A DNA stretch of 64,000 nt, taken from Planctomycetota bacterium. GTDB taxonomy: Bacteria; Planctomycetota; Planctomycetia; Pirellulales; Pirellulaceae. The notes beneath the pieces were generated by a model. It made no database searches and was not told where the DNA came from. It was given only the letters and a program-made list of their open reading frames with translations. Each line of letters starts with the position of its first letter. Positions within the stretch are counted from its first letter, which is position 1. The stretch lies in the NCBI GenBank assembly GCA_018969045.1, contig JAGWZB010000001.1:250-64249 (forward strand), in the 5' to 3' direction. The position numbers and the translations under genes were made by a program. This document shows positions 28,206 through 38,700 of the stretch, piece by piece.

Positions 28206-29636
28206 ATGCACGTTCCAATCGTTGTCCTTGGTGGTGGTCCCGGCGGATATGCTGCTGCTTTCCTCGCGGCCGACGAAGGGCATGAGGTAGTGATCGTCGA
28301 GAGCGAACCTAAACTCGGTGGCACTTGCCTCCTAAGAGGCTGTATCCCCTCGAAAGCTCTCCTCCATGTCGCGAAGGTTATCGAAGAAGCCCATCAGCTG
28401 ACCAGCGGTTGGGGTGTCGAGTTCGGCGCACCAAAAATCGATATCAACAAAGTCCGCGCAAGAAAAGAGAAAGTCATCGAGACCCTCACCGGAGGACTTG
28501 GTCAATTGGCCAAGCGTCGGAACGTGAAGGTTATCCGAGCGCGAGGGCGATTTGAAAACTCCACTACCTTGATCCTCGAAGGCTCCGACCCAAGCATCCC
28601 CGAGGGAGGTAAACTGACCTACGACTACTGCGTGCTTGCTACCGGTAGCACTCCTGCGATGCCGCCAAGTTTTCAGATCGGTTCTGACCGAGTCATGGAT
28701 TCCACCGGAGCCCTGAACCTTGCCGATATTCCCGGCAAACTATTGGTCATCGGAGGCGGTTACATCGGTTTGGAAATGGGTACCGTCTATGCACACTTGG
28801 GCTCTGAAGTAAGTGTGGTCGAATGGACAGATACACTCCTACCAGGAGCAGACCGCGATCTAGTTGCACCTTTGCAACGCCGGTTGAAACAGCTTTTTGA
28901 TCATCGCATTTTCTTGAACACCAAAGTCGGGTCAGTCGCAGAAGTCGACAATCAAGTGGAAGTCACTTTCGAAGGGCCAGGCAAGTTCGGTCACGAGCGA
29001 TTTGATCGGGTCTTGGTCAGTGTAGGGCGAAGACCTGCAAGCCGTGGAATCGGTTTGGAAAATACCAAAGTTCAGGTCAATGAGCGAGGGTTTGTTGGTT
29101 GCGACAAACAACAACGCACGGCTGATCCACACATCTTAGCCATCGGCGATATCGCTGGCGAACCGATGCTCGCCCATAAAGCAAGTCACGAAGCCAAGGT
29201 TGCCATCGAAGTGATCTTGGGTCGAAACGTTTCATTTGACAAGCAGGCCATTCCCGCAGTGGTTTTCACCGATCCTGAAATCGCTTGGGCTGGTCTGACG
29301 GAGGATCGGGCCAAGAAGGAAGGTATTGCCGTGGATGTGGAAGTCTATCCTTGGGCAGCCAGCGGTCGAGCCCAGGCCCTTGGATGCACCGATGGTCTGA
29401 CCAAATGGCTGGTCGATCCCAAGACCCATCGCGTCCTCGGATGCGGCATCGTTGGCTCAGGTGCCGGTGAGCTGATCGCCGAAGCCGTTTTGGCCATCGA
29501 GATGGGGTGCGAAGTTCGTGATTTGACCGAGTCGATTCACCCGCACCCGACATTGAGCGAAACGCTGATGAACGCGGGCGAAGTCCACTTTGGTACCGCG
29601 ACGGAAATCTACAAACCCAAGAAGCAATCCCACTAA
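28206..29636 (+). CDS. lpdA: Dihydrolipoyl dehydrogenase (E3)
   Basis: GGGPGGY FAD motif, GGTCLLRGCIPSK redox disulfide, GGGYIGLE NAD motif, HPHPTLSE. Confidence 0.97.
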   Translation: MHVPIVVLGGGPGGYAAAFLAADEGHEVVIVESEPKLGGTCLLRGCIPSKALLHVAKVIEEAHQLTSGWGVEFGAPKIDINKVRARKEKVIETLTGGLGQLAKRRNVKVIRARGRFENSTTLILEGSDPSIPEGGKLTYDYCVLATGSTPAMPPSFQIGSDRVMDSTGALNLADIPGKLLVIGGGYIGLEMGTVYAHLGSEVSVVEWTDTLLPGADRDLVAPLQRRLKQLFDHRIFLNTKVGSVAEVDNQVEVTFEGPGKFGHERFDRVLVSVGRRPASRGIGLENTKVQVNERGFVGCDKQQRTADPHILAIGDIAGEPMLAHKASHEAKVAIEVILGRNVSFDKQAIPAVVFTDPEIAWAGLTEDRAKKEGIAVDVEVYPWAASGRAQALGCTDGLTKWLVDPKTHRVLGCGIVGSGAGELIAEAVLAIEMGCEVRDLTESIHPHPTLSETLMNAGEVHFGTATEIYKPKKQSH

Positions 29637-29655
29637 GACAAAAGGGTGATCTGGC

Positions 29656-30645
29656 ATGTCCTCTCATTTCCTGCGCTGCGCTTTGTTGGTCGCGTCTGCT
29701 TTGAGTTGGTGCCAGGTGGCGGTGGCTCAAGACACCAAGCCAGACATAAAAACCGATAAGACAAGACAAGTCGCCGCCAAGCGGATCGTGTTTCTTGGCG
29801 ATAGCATCACCCATGCAGGTCGTTATGTTGCAGTCCTGGAAACCGCTTTGCGAATCGAGTACCCAGATCAAACTATCCCAGAGTTTCTCAATCTCGGGCT
29901 TCCAAGCGAGACCGTCAGTGGGCTATCAGAGCCCGGTCATGCAGGGGGGGCTTTTCCTCGTCCAGATCTTCATGAGCGCCTAGGTCGGGTCTTGGAACAG
30001 ACCAAGCCCGACATCGTAGTGGCCTGTTATGGAATGAATTGCGGCATGTATTATCCGCTGAGCGAAGATCGATTCGCGAAATTCAAATCTGGAATAGAAC
30101 GACTGCACGCACAGGTCGAGAAAGCGGGTGCAAGGATCATTCATTTGACCCCTGCATTTTTTGATGCACTTCCAATTCGCGATCGACTCTTGCCCGATGG
30201 GCTCCAGGAATACCGTCAGCCGTATGCTAACTATGACGACGTCCTGGAGGCCTATTCGAAATGGCTTATGGATCAACGTTCCAGAGGCTGGACGGTCTTG
30301 GATGTTCACGCAGCGATGAAGTCAGCTGTTCTGGAAGCTCGCAAAAACGATCCAAATTTCACGTTGGCTAGCGATGGAGTACACCCCAACGCACTGGGCC
30401 AAGCGATCGTAGCAAAACCCCTTGCGGAAGATTGGGGGCTAGAGTTGGATGCACAAGGGCTTCCGAAACATCCGAAAGCTTCCGAACTGGTCGATCTTGT
30501 CGCCAACAAGCAAAATAATCTCAAGCTCAGTTGGTTATCGATCACCAAGCATACTAGGCCAGGAATCCCTCAGGGGCAGAGTCTCGAACAAGTTGCGATC
30601 CAGAACCGACAGATCGAGCAGAAGATCGCTGAGCTACTGAAGTAA
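29656..30645 (+). CDS. SGNH/GDSL hydrolase family protein, exported
   Basis: Signal peptide; FLGDSIT, CYGMNCG, DGVHPN blocks. Confidence 0.9.
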   Translation: MSSHFLRCALLVASALSWCQVAVAQDTKPDIKTDKTRQVAAKRIVFLGDSITHAGRYVAVLETALRIEYPDQTIPEFLNLGLPSETVSGLSEPGHAGGAFPRPDLHERLGRVLEQTKPDIVVACYGMNCGMYYPLSEDRFAKFKSGIERLHAQVEKAGARIIHLTPAFFDALPIRDRLLPDGLQEYRQPYANYDDVLEAYSKWLMDQRSRGWTVLDVHAAMKSAVLEARKNDPNFTLASDGVHPNALGQAIVAKPLAEDWGLELDAQGLPKHPKASELVDLVANKQNNLKLSWLSITKHTRPGIPQGQSLEQVAIQNRQIEQKIAELLK

Positions 30646-30653
30646 TCGTCACG

Positions 30654-33600
30654 TCATCGATTGAGTGGAATCTTGTGGACACCTTGGCCTTCGACCCAAC
30701 GGTAACGACTGTCTGCATCAAGTCCCTCGACTTGTTCCTCGTTGCCCGAAGGCCAGCGGCAAAGGACTTTGCTCAGGCGTTTTTTGCTACCTAATCCGAC
30801 GTGGATCAAGTGTTCGTTGGAACCGAAGTATCCTTCGCCATCGCACATGGAGGTCACCCAGAATTCGTCGTCGGCTTCGATGCGCAGTACGGCTCCGATC
30901 GCATCGCGCTCGCTGGTAGTACCGACCAATTCCCATTGGACAAAGTGGTTGTCGCTGGGACAACGATTCTCAAGAACAGCAGCGGGGCGGTCCAGGTGAG
31001 TGGCGACCAAATCCGGTTTGCCATCGACGTTGTAATCGACCATCTGCAAGCCGCGTCCGATCCACTTGCCTTCGAAATATTTGCCTGGATAAGGGGTCCT
31101 GAGCCAGCGAAATTCACCTTTTTCATTCTTGAGAATCTGCGTGGGCATTTGAAACGGAATGTTCTCGGTCCTTAAATCATCAATGTGCCCATTGACTGCG
31201 ATAAAATCGAGCCATCCATCGTTGTCCAAGTCGCATAGTTGGCTACCGAAGCTGAGTTGATCCAGGGTCCATGCACCGAGTTTGCTGCGGCGAGTGCCAT
31301 CGACAAAAACTCCTGGGAGTGTCTGCAAATACAGCGTGCTGACTTCGTTGTAGAAGTTCGTCACGATGATATCCAGCAGCCCGTCTCGATTCTGATCTCC
31401 ACAGGAAATCCCCATGCAGGCTTGAGCTCGCCCGATGCTGTCGACGGCCACACCGGCACCCGCGGCTTTCTCGACCAGATCCCATCGAGTCATCGGATCA
31501 ATATCGCTGCTGCTGGGTTCGCTCAGAAGAAGATTGTTTGGCGAAACATCGTTTGCAAAGAACACGTCGTTGCCGTGCCGCTGGTCCAAATTGGTGACCA
31601 AGGTCCCAAGGGTATATCCTGTCCTGATCGATTCAAGAAACTCCGTAGGGGCTGCTTTCCACGTCCCATCGCCTTGACTAAAAAGAATACGGTTCTTACC
31701 CGGCGGAAACATCTTGGGGTTGCAGGATATACGAGTCGAATTGGTTGATTCACACCGCCGTGAAATGGCTTCGCTCCCGTACAAATACGAAGCATCTATC
31801 AAGTCCGGCAGGGAATCTCCATTGAGGTCGGCTGCGTGGATCGAGCTGTTCCAAAGCGAATTCTTGTCCTCTTGGGGAACTTCACTGACTTCAAACGTTC
31901 CGTCTCCGTTGTTGCGATAGATGCGTGAAACCCCGAGGTTGGCAACCAGCAAATCGGGAAATCCGTCTTGATCCAAGTCTGACACACCGATCCCCTGACC
32001 GTAGCCGATATCTGCGGTGTTGGCCAAACCTGCGACCTCGACAAAACGCTTACCACCGATGGAGCGAAACAGCGTCTTGGGAGTGTATTTTGGGTCGTCG
32101 TCCAAAGGCGAACCACCGGCTTGGGAAAAGTAAAGATCGGGCCAGCCGTCTTTGTCGTAATCCAATGCGTTGACCCCACCGCCAACCCCTTCGATGGTGT
32201 ACCAGCTACGGTTTGGCTTGGCTCCATTTCCATAAGCGCTGTTGATCCCTAGATCCAGGGCAACATCCTCCATAGCGATTCCGCTTGTGCCTGTCGGTTT
32301 GACACTGGACCCATCTTTTTGGGCCAGTTGAGTTGGATCTGCACCTGGAATCTCGGTTGGCAGAGGCCAGGATTCCCAGGGCAAACCCTCGAGCACTTTG
32401 GGAGAAACCGGTGGAGCTTTACGAAGGATCGCCTGCTTGTCTTTCAAGGCTTCGGTCATCGGACGATGTCCCAAAGTAACCGCCAGGGCTTCCCAACCGA
32501 ATGCGGCCACCTCATCGCCAAGATTCTTATAAATATCAGCGATCTTGTCGAAGAGCTTTGGCTCTCCATACGCATAAGAAATCTGCTGGGCGTAGTCGTT
32601 GATCGAGGTCAAGTCATTTCCGAATTGCCGTACACGTTGGGCTTGCTCGATCTGTTTGAGTTCGATCAAGGCGTCCGAGAGACCTTGGTAAGCCGCCACG
32701 TGCCTACGGTCTAGCTGGATGGCTTGGACAAAACATCTTGCTGCCAATTGATCCTGATCTTGTCGGAGCAACAGGCCTCCAAGTGCGTACCAGTACTCCG
32801 GATGTTTTTCCGCAGTACTGGGTCGCGAGCTCAGCCAATCTTGCAACTCGACTAAACGATCCGTCTGCAGTAAGCTCGTGGCTGTCCATACCCAGGGTTC
32901 AAGCAACTCGGGATTCTGCTTGGAAATTTGCTTGAGCTCTTCGAGGTTGGTTTCATAACCATTTCGAATCAAACGGGTGCGAATACGAGCAAACGCGACG
33001 TAAGGGTGATCCGGGTTGGCTTGGGCAAAAGCATTGCGAAGGGTTTCGTCGTCGAAGTAATCGCGAGGATCGACTGTGCCTAGAAGTTCCGTGCGTGTGA
33101 AATCACCTAATCGCACAAGTCGGTCCATGTATCGGCTGGCTTCGAAACGCCGACCTTGTGCGTTGTAGATTTTGGCCAAGAGTCGAACCGCAGGAACGGC
33201 TGTTGGATATTGCTTGATGATTTTCAAGAGTTCGGCCTCGGCCTCGGGCAGTTTCCCAAGAGTCGCCATCCACTCGGCGGCCTGGCCTGCGGCTGGAATG
33301 GCTTGAGGAGCGTCAGCAGGAATGCGAACGATCGTTTGAATTGCCCCTGGCAGATCGTCTTTGGCCGCCAGCACCAGAGCGCTCAGGTACAGAAGCTGCG
33401 GATCTTGGGGGCGCACCAAAGAGAGTTTCTTAACCGCATCCCAAGCTTCCTGAGTTTTCTTCTCCGCCAGGAGTTTCGATGCGGAGTTTAGCTCTTTTTG
33501 AAAGTCGTCGGGTTTGATCGATTGGGGCTGCGCTGGCGCAGGAGGCGTTTGGACTTTGGTCTGTGCCTCTGGCTTCAACGGAGTGTTCGAATTGGAACTT

Positions 33601-33746
33601 GATTCACAGCCTTGGAATAGACCTGCTAAACAAACCCAGCAGCATGCTAGAACTATCCCCTGGAGGTTTCCTTTGATGAATGCTTTGGAGCTATGGAGTG
33701 CCAGCGAGCCTTGTTTCGGGCCAGCAAGCCAAGAAGTTTTGGGCAT
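30654..33746 (-). CDS. TPR + FG-GAP repeat + ASPIC/UnbV (CRTAC1-like) lipoprotein
   Basis: Lipobox FQGC; TPR-like helices; repeated D.D.DG..D motifs; C-terminal GYFGSNE..IHVGLG...V..RWPSG (ASPIC/UnbV). Confidence 0.9.
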   Translation of the reverse strand: MPKTSWLAGPKQGSLALHSSKAFIKGNLQGIVLACCWVCLAGLFQGCESSSNSNTPLKPEAQTKVQTPPAPAQPQSIKPDDFQKELNSASKLLAEKKTQEAWDAVKKLSLVRPQDPQLLYLSALVLAAKDDLPGAIQTIVRIPADAPQAIPAAGQAAEWMATLGKLPEAEAELLKIIKQYPTAVPAVRLLAKIYNAQGRRFEASRYMDRLVRLGDFTRTELLGTVDPRDYFDDETLRNAFAQANPDHPYVAFARIRTRLIRNGYETNLEELKQISKQNPELLEPWVWTATSLLQTDRLVELQDWLSSRPSTAEKHPEYWYALGGLLLRQDQDQLAARCFVQAIQLDRRHVAAYQGLSDALIELKQIEQAQRVRQFGNDLTSINDYAQQISYAYGEPKLFDKIADIYKNLGDEVAAFGWEALAVTLGHRPMTEALKDKQAILRKAPPVSPKVLEGLPWESWPLPTEIPGADPTQLAQKDGSSVKPTGTSGIAMEDVALDLGINSAYGNGAKPNRSWYTIEGVGGGVNALDYDKDGWPDLYFSQAGGSPLDDDPKYTPKTLFRSIGGKRFVEVAGLANTADIGYGQGIGVSDLDQDGFPDLLVANLGVSRIYRNNGDGTFEVSEVPQEDKNSLWNSSIHAADLNGDSLPDLIDASYLYGSEAISRRCESTNSTRISCNPKMFPPGKNRILFSQGDGTWKAAPTEFLESIRTGYTLGTLVTNLDQRHGNDVFFANDVSPNNLLLSEPSSSDIDPMTRWDLVEKAAGAGVAVDSIGRAQACMGISCGDQNRDGLLDIIVTNFYNEVSTLYLQTLPGVFVDGTRRSKLGAWTLDQLSFGSQLCDLDNDGWLDFIAVNGHIDDLRTENIPFQMPTQILKNEKGEFRWLRTPYPGKYFEGKWIGRGLQMVDYNVDGKPDLVATHLDRPAAVLENRCPSDNHFVQWELVGTTSERDAIGAVLRIEADDEFWVTSMCDGEGYFGSNEHLIHVGLGSKKRLSKVLCRWPSGNEEQVEGLDADSRYRWVEGQGVHKIPLNR

Positions 33747-34051
33747 GGTAACGGAGGAGGGATAGGTTTACCGGGAACCCGAAAAGGAATCAGGTTGGCT
33801 AAAGAGCGCATCCTGACATGATTGTTATCTTCGCTGGTGCCAAGTTCCGCTGCAAGCGATTTGGGATCAAAAACGCCCTAAAAGGGGCTTTAAAGCGTCG
33901 AAAAGTCCCTATGGTCCCCATGTCCGGGGATTGCTAATGGCCAATAAGTAGAAATACAGGTGCGGTTTTCCCTGAGAGATTAGAATAGAGCTCGTAAGCG
34001 TGGTGTTGGATTTTTGCGGAACGACCGTAGCGATGTTGCTCAGTGGTTTTT

Positions 34052-35893
34052 ATGAAGAATCAGGATCGATTCAAAGCGATGCGGGAATTCGCCAGCCGCA
34101 TTTTCCTGGTCTTGACTTGCTTGACCGCTTTGAGCGGTTCGTTGCGATCCGAAGAGCCATTGACCCTCAAAAAGAGCTCTGCGAACAAGCGGGTCCTAAT
34201 CCTCTATACGCATCGCCAGATGTCACCGATCAACACCCAGTGGCACACGGGAATCATCGAAGCGATCCGCAAGGATTACCATGGGCCGATCGACATCGAT
34301 GTCGAGTACATGGATGTGGTATTGCAGAGCGATCCTGAATACTTTGACGGTTGGGCTGCGTTACTGAAGCGAAAGTATTCCAAGTATCCGCCAGATGTGA
34401 TTATCCCAGTGTTTTTTCCCGCGATGACTTTTCTGGCTACCAATCGTCATGAACTGTTCCCAGGTTGTCCGATCGTCTTTTGCGCCGTACCGGAATCGTT
34501 GGGGGTTAGTCTTTCAAATCGGCCAAATCTTACAGGTGTTGGATTCGTCATGGACTTCAATCCTACACTTCAAGTGATCGAGCAGGTTTTGCCCAAGACA
34601 TCGAAGTTGATGGTCCTCTCGGGGAACTCCAAACTCGATACTTGGATGCGAGATGTGGTACTACGGGCATTGTCCAGTGCTGAAAAGAAAATGGAATTGG
34701 TGGATTTAGCCGGACTAAGCCCTTCGGAAGCGGCCGTTGAGTTTACCAAAGCAGGGCCCAATACCGCTGCTTTACTACTGACGTGCGAACTCGACCAACA
34801 AAACAACCGTTACACCACCACCGAGTACCTGCAGGAACTTGAGAAACTATCAACGATTCCCATTTTTGGCTGTTACGATACAGTGCTTGGTGAAGGGATT
34901 GTCGGGGGTGCTCTTTTTTCCCCTGTCGAACAAGGCCAGGTGGCCGGAAAATTGGCTGCGAGGATTCTCAACGGGGAGTCCGCAGATGAAATCCCTGAGG
35001 TTCTCGATCGGCATCACCTAGTTGCTTTTGATGCACAGAGGTTAGCCAAGTTTGGAATCTCTGAATCGAGCCTTCCGAGAGGTTCCAAGTTGATCAACCA
35101 CAAGCCCAGTGTATGGAGTCTGTACGGTCGATACATCGGACTAGGTTTGGCAGCTCTTTTTGCCCAGTCAGCAATCATCGTTAGTTTGCTCATCAATCGC
35201 AAAAAACGAATCGCGGCGGAAAACGAAGCTCGCTCGCTTGCTGGAAGAATTCTATCGGCAGGCGAAGACGAACGCAGATATCTGGCAAGAGAGTTACACG
35301 ACGAAGTCTCACAACGCTTAGCGGCCGTCTCGATTGAAACCGGGACTTTAGAGAACAAGATGGCTGACTCCAGCGACGTCAGAGAGTCCCTAGGTAAGCT
35401 CAAAAAGTCACTGATCAGCATCTGCGATAATCTGCATCGGATGAGCCGACACATGCACCCGTCGGTCTTGGATGATTTTGGATTGTCGGATGCTCTGAAG
35501 TCCGAGTGCCAGGAACTAACACAAAGGTGGTCGATTCCAATCGAATACCATCACACCAAAGACTTTCCTGAGATCCCCAAATCGATCGCACTGTGCGTGT
35601 ATCGAGTGGCCCAGGAATCTCTTTGGAATGCCATCCGCCACTCTGGAGCCACCAAAATCACTGCGGAGCTAAAGTCAGATCCGGAATTCGTCTATTGGGA
35701 TATCCATGACGATGGCAAGGGATTTGACCCCAGCGTGACGAATCCCAACCGAGGCCTGGGCTTTGCGAGCATGACCGAACGCATTCGGCTAGTCGGAGGC
35801 ACCATCAAGATCAAGACGGCACCTTTGCAAGGAGTTGCCATCGCAGTGGTTGTTCCCATCCCAGAATCCAAAGATCCGCTATCGAATTACTGA
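34052..35893 (+). CDS. Sensor histidine kinase (ABC substrate-binding-like sensor + HisKA_3/HATPase)
   Basis: ERRYLARELHDEVSQ H-box; VAQESLWNAIRHS; DDGKGFDP; GLGFASMTER; start ATG 34052. Confidence 0.92.
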   Translation: MKNQDRFKAMREFASRIFLVLTCLTALSGSLRSEEPLTLKKSSANKRVLILYTHRQMSPINTQWHTGIIEAIRKDYHGPIDIDVEYMDVVLQSDPEYFDGWAALLKRKYSKYPPDVIIPVFFPAMTFLATNRHELFPGCPIVFCAVPESLGVSLSNRPNLTGVGFVMDFNPTLQVIEQVLPKTSKLMVLSGNSKLDTWMRDVVLRALSSAEKKMELVDLAGLSPSEAAVEFTKAGPNTAALLLTCELDQQNNRYTTTEYLQELEKLSTIPIFGCYDTVLGEGIVGGALFSPVEQGQVAGKLAARILNGESADEIPEVLDRHHLVAFDAQRLAKFGISESSLPRGSKLINHKPSVWSLYGRYIGLGLAALFAQSAIIVSLLINRKKRIAAENEARSLAGRILSAGEDERRYLARELHDEVSQRLAAVSIETGTLENKMADSSDVRESLGKLKKSLISICDNLHRMSRHMHPSVLDDFGLSDALKSECQELTQRWSIPIEYHHTKDFPEIPKSIALCVYRVAQESLWNAIRHSGATKITAELKSDPEFVYWDIHDDGKGFDPSVTNPNRGLGFASMTERIRLVGGTIKIKTAPLQGVAIAVVVPIPESKDPLSNY

Positions 35894-35900
35894 GACCTTT

Positions 35901-36539
35901 ATGAATCGAATCAAAGTCTTGATCGCCGACGACCATCGAATCGTCGCCGATGGATTGAGAACCATCCTAGAGCCCGAATACGACTTGGTCGGCATCGCCG
36001 AAAACGGCCGCACGCTGGTCGATCAAGCCAACAAGCTTCAGCCTGACGTGGTGGTTGCTGACATATCGATGCCATTGCTCAACGGTTTGGATGCCATGGA
36101 GATGCTCCAAAAGCAGGACTGCAAAGCCAAGTTCATCTTTTTGACCATGCACAAAGACATCACTTATGCGGCCAAAGCGATACGGCAAGGTGCCGTCGGC
36201 TATGTGCTCAAACACTCAGCCAGCGAAGAGTTGCTCCGAGCCCTGCAATCAGTACTGTCTGGCGAAAAGTTCATTTCACCGGAAATCGCCGATGGCTTAA
36301 GCAACGCCCAAGAACAACTCAACGAAATCGAAGAGCACAAAATGCTAACGACCCGACAACGGGAGGTCTTGCAGCTCTTCGCAGAAGGCAAATCGGCCAA
36401 AGAAGTCGCCGCCACACTCGGAATCTCAGCCCGAACGGCAGAGAACCACAAGGCCCGTATCATGACCCAGTTGCGACTCCACAGCACGTCGGAGTTGGTT
36501 AAATACGCGATCCGACATGGGCTCATCGCAAGCCCTTGA
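35901..36539 (+). CDS. NarL/LuxR family response regulator
   Basis: VLIADDH, DVVVADISMP, FLTMH, YVLK; LTTRQREVLQLFAEGKS.KEVA HTH; start ATG 35901. Confidence 0.95.
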   Translation: MNRIKVLIADDHRIVADGLRTILEPEYDLVGIAENGRTLVDQANKLQPDVVVADISMPLLNGLDAMEMLQKQDCKAKFIFLTMHKDITYAAKAIRQGAVGYVLKHSASEELLRALQSVLSGEKFISPEIADGLSNAQEQLNEIEEHKMLTTRQREVLQLFAEGKSAKEVAATLGISARTAENHKARIMTQLRLHSTSELVKYAIRHGLIASP

Positions 36540-36546
36540 AAATCCA

Positions 36547-37041
36547 CTACGGGGATTCGTCCTGGAGCGTGTCTCGGAACAAATCATCGCGGGAATGAAG
36601 CTGAAAGAATAACGCACGCTTCTGCTCAGGCAGTGAGTAATCAAATCCGAGCTTGCGCAGAAACTCATCCGATGCACTGATGGCCATCACCTCCAAAATT
36701 CCCTTCTTGCGCGCACGCTCGACACAAGCCCTGACCAAGTCGCTGCCAATACCCCGCCCCTGGTAGCCATCGTCGACGGCTAAGCATTGGATTTCACCAA
36801 GCTTACGCGAGTAAATTTCAACGGCAGCAAAACCAACAATCTTCGGTTTTCCATCTTCGATAAGCTCGGCCACAAAGCCGTTAGCCATGAGCAAAATCAA
36901 CTCCGATTCAAGTCGCCGCAAAAGCTTACGCTGCTGCACAAACGGTTCGAGCAACGCTTGAATGTTGTCCAAATCATCGTAGTGAGCCGAGCGAATCACA
37001 TGCTCAGTTTTCTTGGCAGGCTTCGAATCCGTCTCTTTCAT
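36547..37041 (-). CDS. GNAT N-acetyltransferase (short ArgA-like N-acetylglutamate synthase type)
   Basis: IRSA..DD...I..LLEPFVQQ..LL.R; EIQCLAV...YQGRGIG acetyl-CoA motif. Confidence 0.8.
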   Translation of the reverse strand: MKETDSKPAKKTEHVIRSAHYDDLDNIQALLEPFVQQRKLLRRLESELILLMANGFVAELIEDGKPKIVGFAAVEIYSRKLGEIQCLAVDDGYQGRGIGSDLVRACVERARKKGILEVMAISASDEFLRKLGFDYSLPEQKRALFFQLHSRDDLFRDTLQDESP

Positions 37042-37327
37042 CAACAACTCTACCTGTTAGCTAGTTTGCTAGCATTCATTAGTTTACAAACGACAAGAAT
37101 TTCTAGGTGACACAAGGATGTTATCATCGAGTTTTGCTAGCAAATTACAAGTCCTTCGGAGAGGATCCGCTAAACGATACAGCCGGACCTTCGTCTTGCC
37201 CTAACTGTGTGGTTTCCCGTATATCCTACGTTTATCGTTTGAATGCAAGTCCGTTTTGGCCGAAGAACCGGTGAATGTCAGCCTCCATTTCATGACAGAT
37301 AACTTCGCCAATACATTCGACGAACCT

Positions 37328-38590
37328 ATGGGACAGCGGATCTTCTTCTCGGTCGGAGAACCAAGCGGAGACTTGCACGCAGCGAGCCTGATCCAGTGCA
37401 TGAAAACGATCGACCCGACATGTCGCATGCGGGGCTTCGGCGGCTCGCGAATGATCCAAGCCGGATTGGATCTGGATTTCGATCTTACCAGCATGGCCGT
37501 CGTCGGGATCACCGAAGTGCTCCCCAAACTCCGCGAGTTCTTTCGCATCGCCGACATCGCCGAAGGCTGTTTCAGAAGAGGGGAAGTCGACGGTGTCGTG
37601 CTTGTCGATTTCCCAGGCTTCAATTGGCATATCGCCAAACGAGCCAAAAAATATGGCTTGCCGGTCTTCTACTACCTACCACCTCAACTATGGGCCTGGG
37701 GCGGTTGGCGTGTCAAAAAAATGAAACGCTATGTCGATCGCGTTTTTTGCAACCTTCCATTCGAAAAGGAATGGTTCGATGCCCGAGGTGTCGAGTCGAC
37801 CTATGTCGGCCATCCCTTCTTTGACGCGATCGCAAATACCCCCCTGGATACCAAGTTTGTCACTCGCTGGAGAGATTCCAGCCGATTGCAAGTCGCGGTA
37901 CTCCCAGGCTCACGCGAGCACGAAGTCCACCGTATTTGGCCGATGCAATTGCAAATCATTAGGCAGCTTGCACACGAATTCCCCGAAGTCGAATTCCTAG
38001 CCGCAACCCTCAAAGACTCACACGCTCTTTGGTGCCAAAGCCAACTGACGGCCTCCGATCAACGGCTCCCAATCCACATCTTCTCAGGCAAAACCAGCGA
38101 AATTCTCGAACTGTGCGATTGCACGCTCATGAAGAGTGGATCGGTGTCCCTGGAAGTCATGGCTCGAGGCAAACCCGCGGCCGTTATGTACCATGTGAGC
38201 AACGGAACGTACGCTTTGGGTAAATTGCTCGTCAAGTGCCAGTACATGTCACTGCCAAATCTGATGGCTCAAGCTCCCTTGATGCCCGAATTTCTCTCGC
38301 ACGGGTCGATCCACTCGCGTTCGGCACGGCGATCGATCGAGGAGATCACCCAAGAGATGGTCAAGCTCTTGGGTGACCCTCAATATCGCCACCTTCAGCG
38401 CCAACGACTGCGGGAACTGGCTAGCCGCACCGCCAAAACCGGAGCAACTCAGGCCGTTGCCCAACATATCCTGACCGACCTGCAACCCCGCTTAGAGCTT
38501 CGACGTCGAAACCGATTGGAAATGACCCCAGTCCAGTCCGATGACTCCAAAAGCTCCACCTCCCAGCCGCCACGCACAAAAGCAGCTTAA
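37328..38590 (+). CDS. lpxB: Lipid-A-disaccharide synthase
   Basis: IFFSVGEPSGDLH, VDFPGFN, YYLPPQLWAW, VGHP, LPGSR..E, KSGSVSLE; start uncertain (37292 or 37328). Confidence 0.95.
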   Translation: MGQRIFFSVGEPSGDLHAASLIQCMKTIDPTCRMRGFGGSRMIQAGLDLDFDLTSMAVVGITEVLPKLREFFRIADIAEGCFRRGEVDGVVLVDFPGFNWHIAKRAKKYGLPVFYYLPPQLWAWGGWRVKKMKRYVDRVFCNLPFEKEWFDARGVESTYVGHPFFDAIANTPLDTKFVTRWRDSSRLQVAVLPGSREHEVHRIWPMQLQIIRQLAHEFPEVEFLAATLKDSHALWCQSQLTASDQRLPIHIFSGKTSEILELCDCTLMKSGSVSLEVMARGKPAAVMYHVSNGTYALGKLLVKCQYMSLPNLMAQAPLMPEFLSHGSIHSRSARRSIEEITQEMVKLLGDPQYRHLQRQRLRELASRTAKTGATQAVAQHILTDLQPRLELRRRNRLEMTPVQSDDSKSSTSQPPRTKAA

Positions 38591-38700
38591 TCGCACCCCA
38601 ATAGGGTTCGCTCTGCTCTCTATAGGATCTAGCGCAAAGGGGCTTCAAACCGGTTCCCAAAGATTGTTTTGGTCGCAAGATTATTAAATTTACGCCTCTG

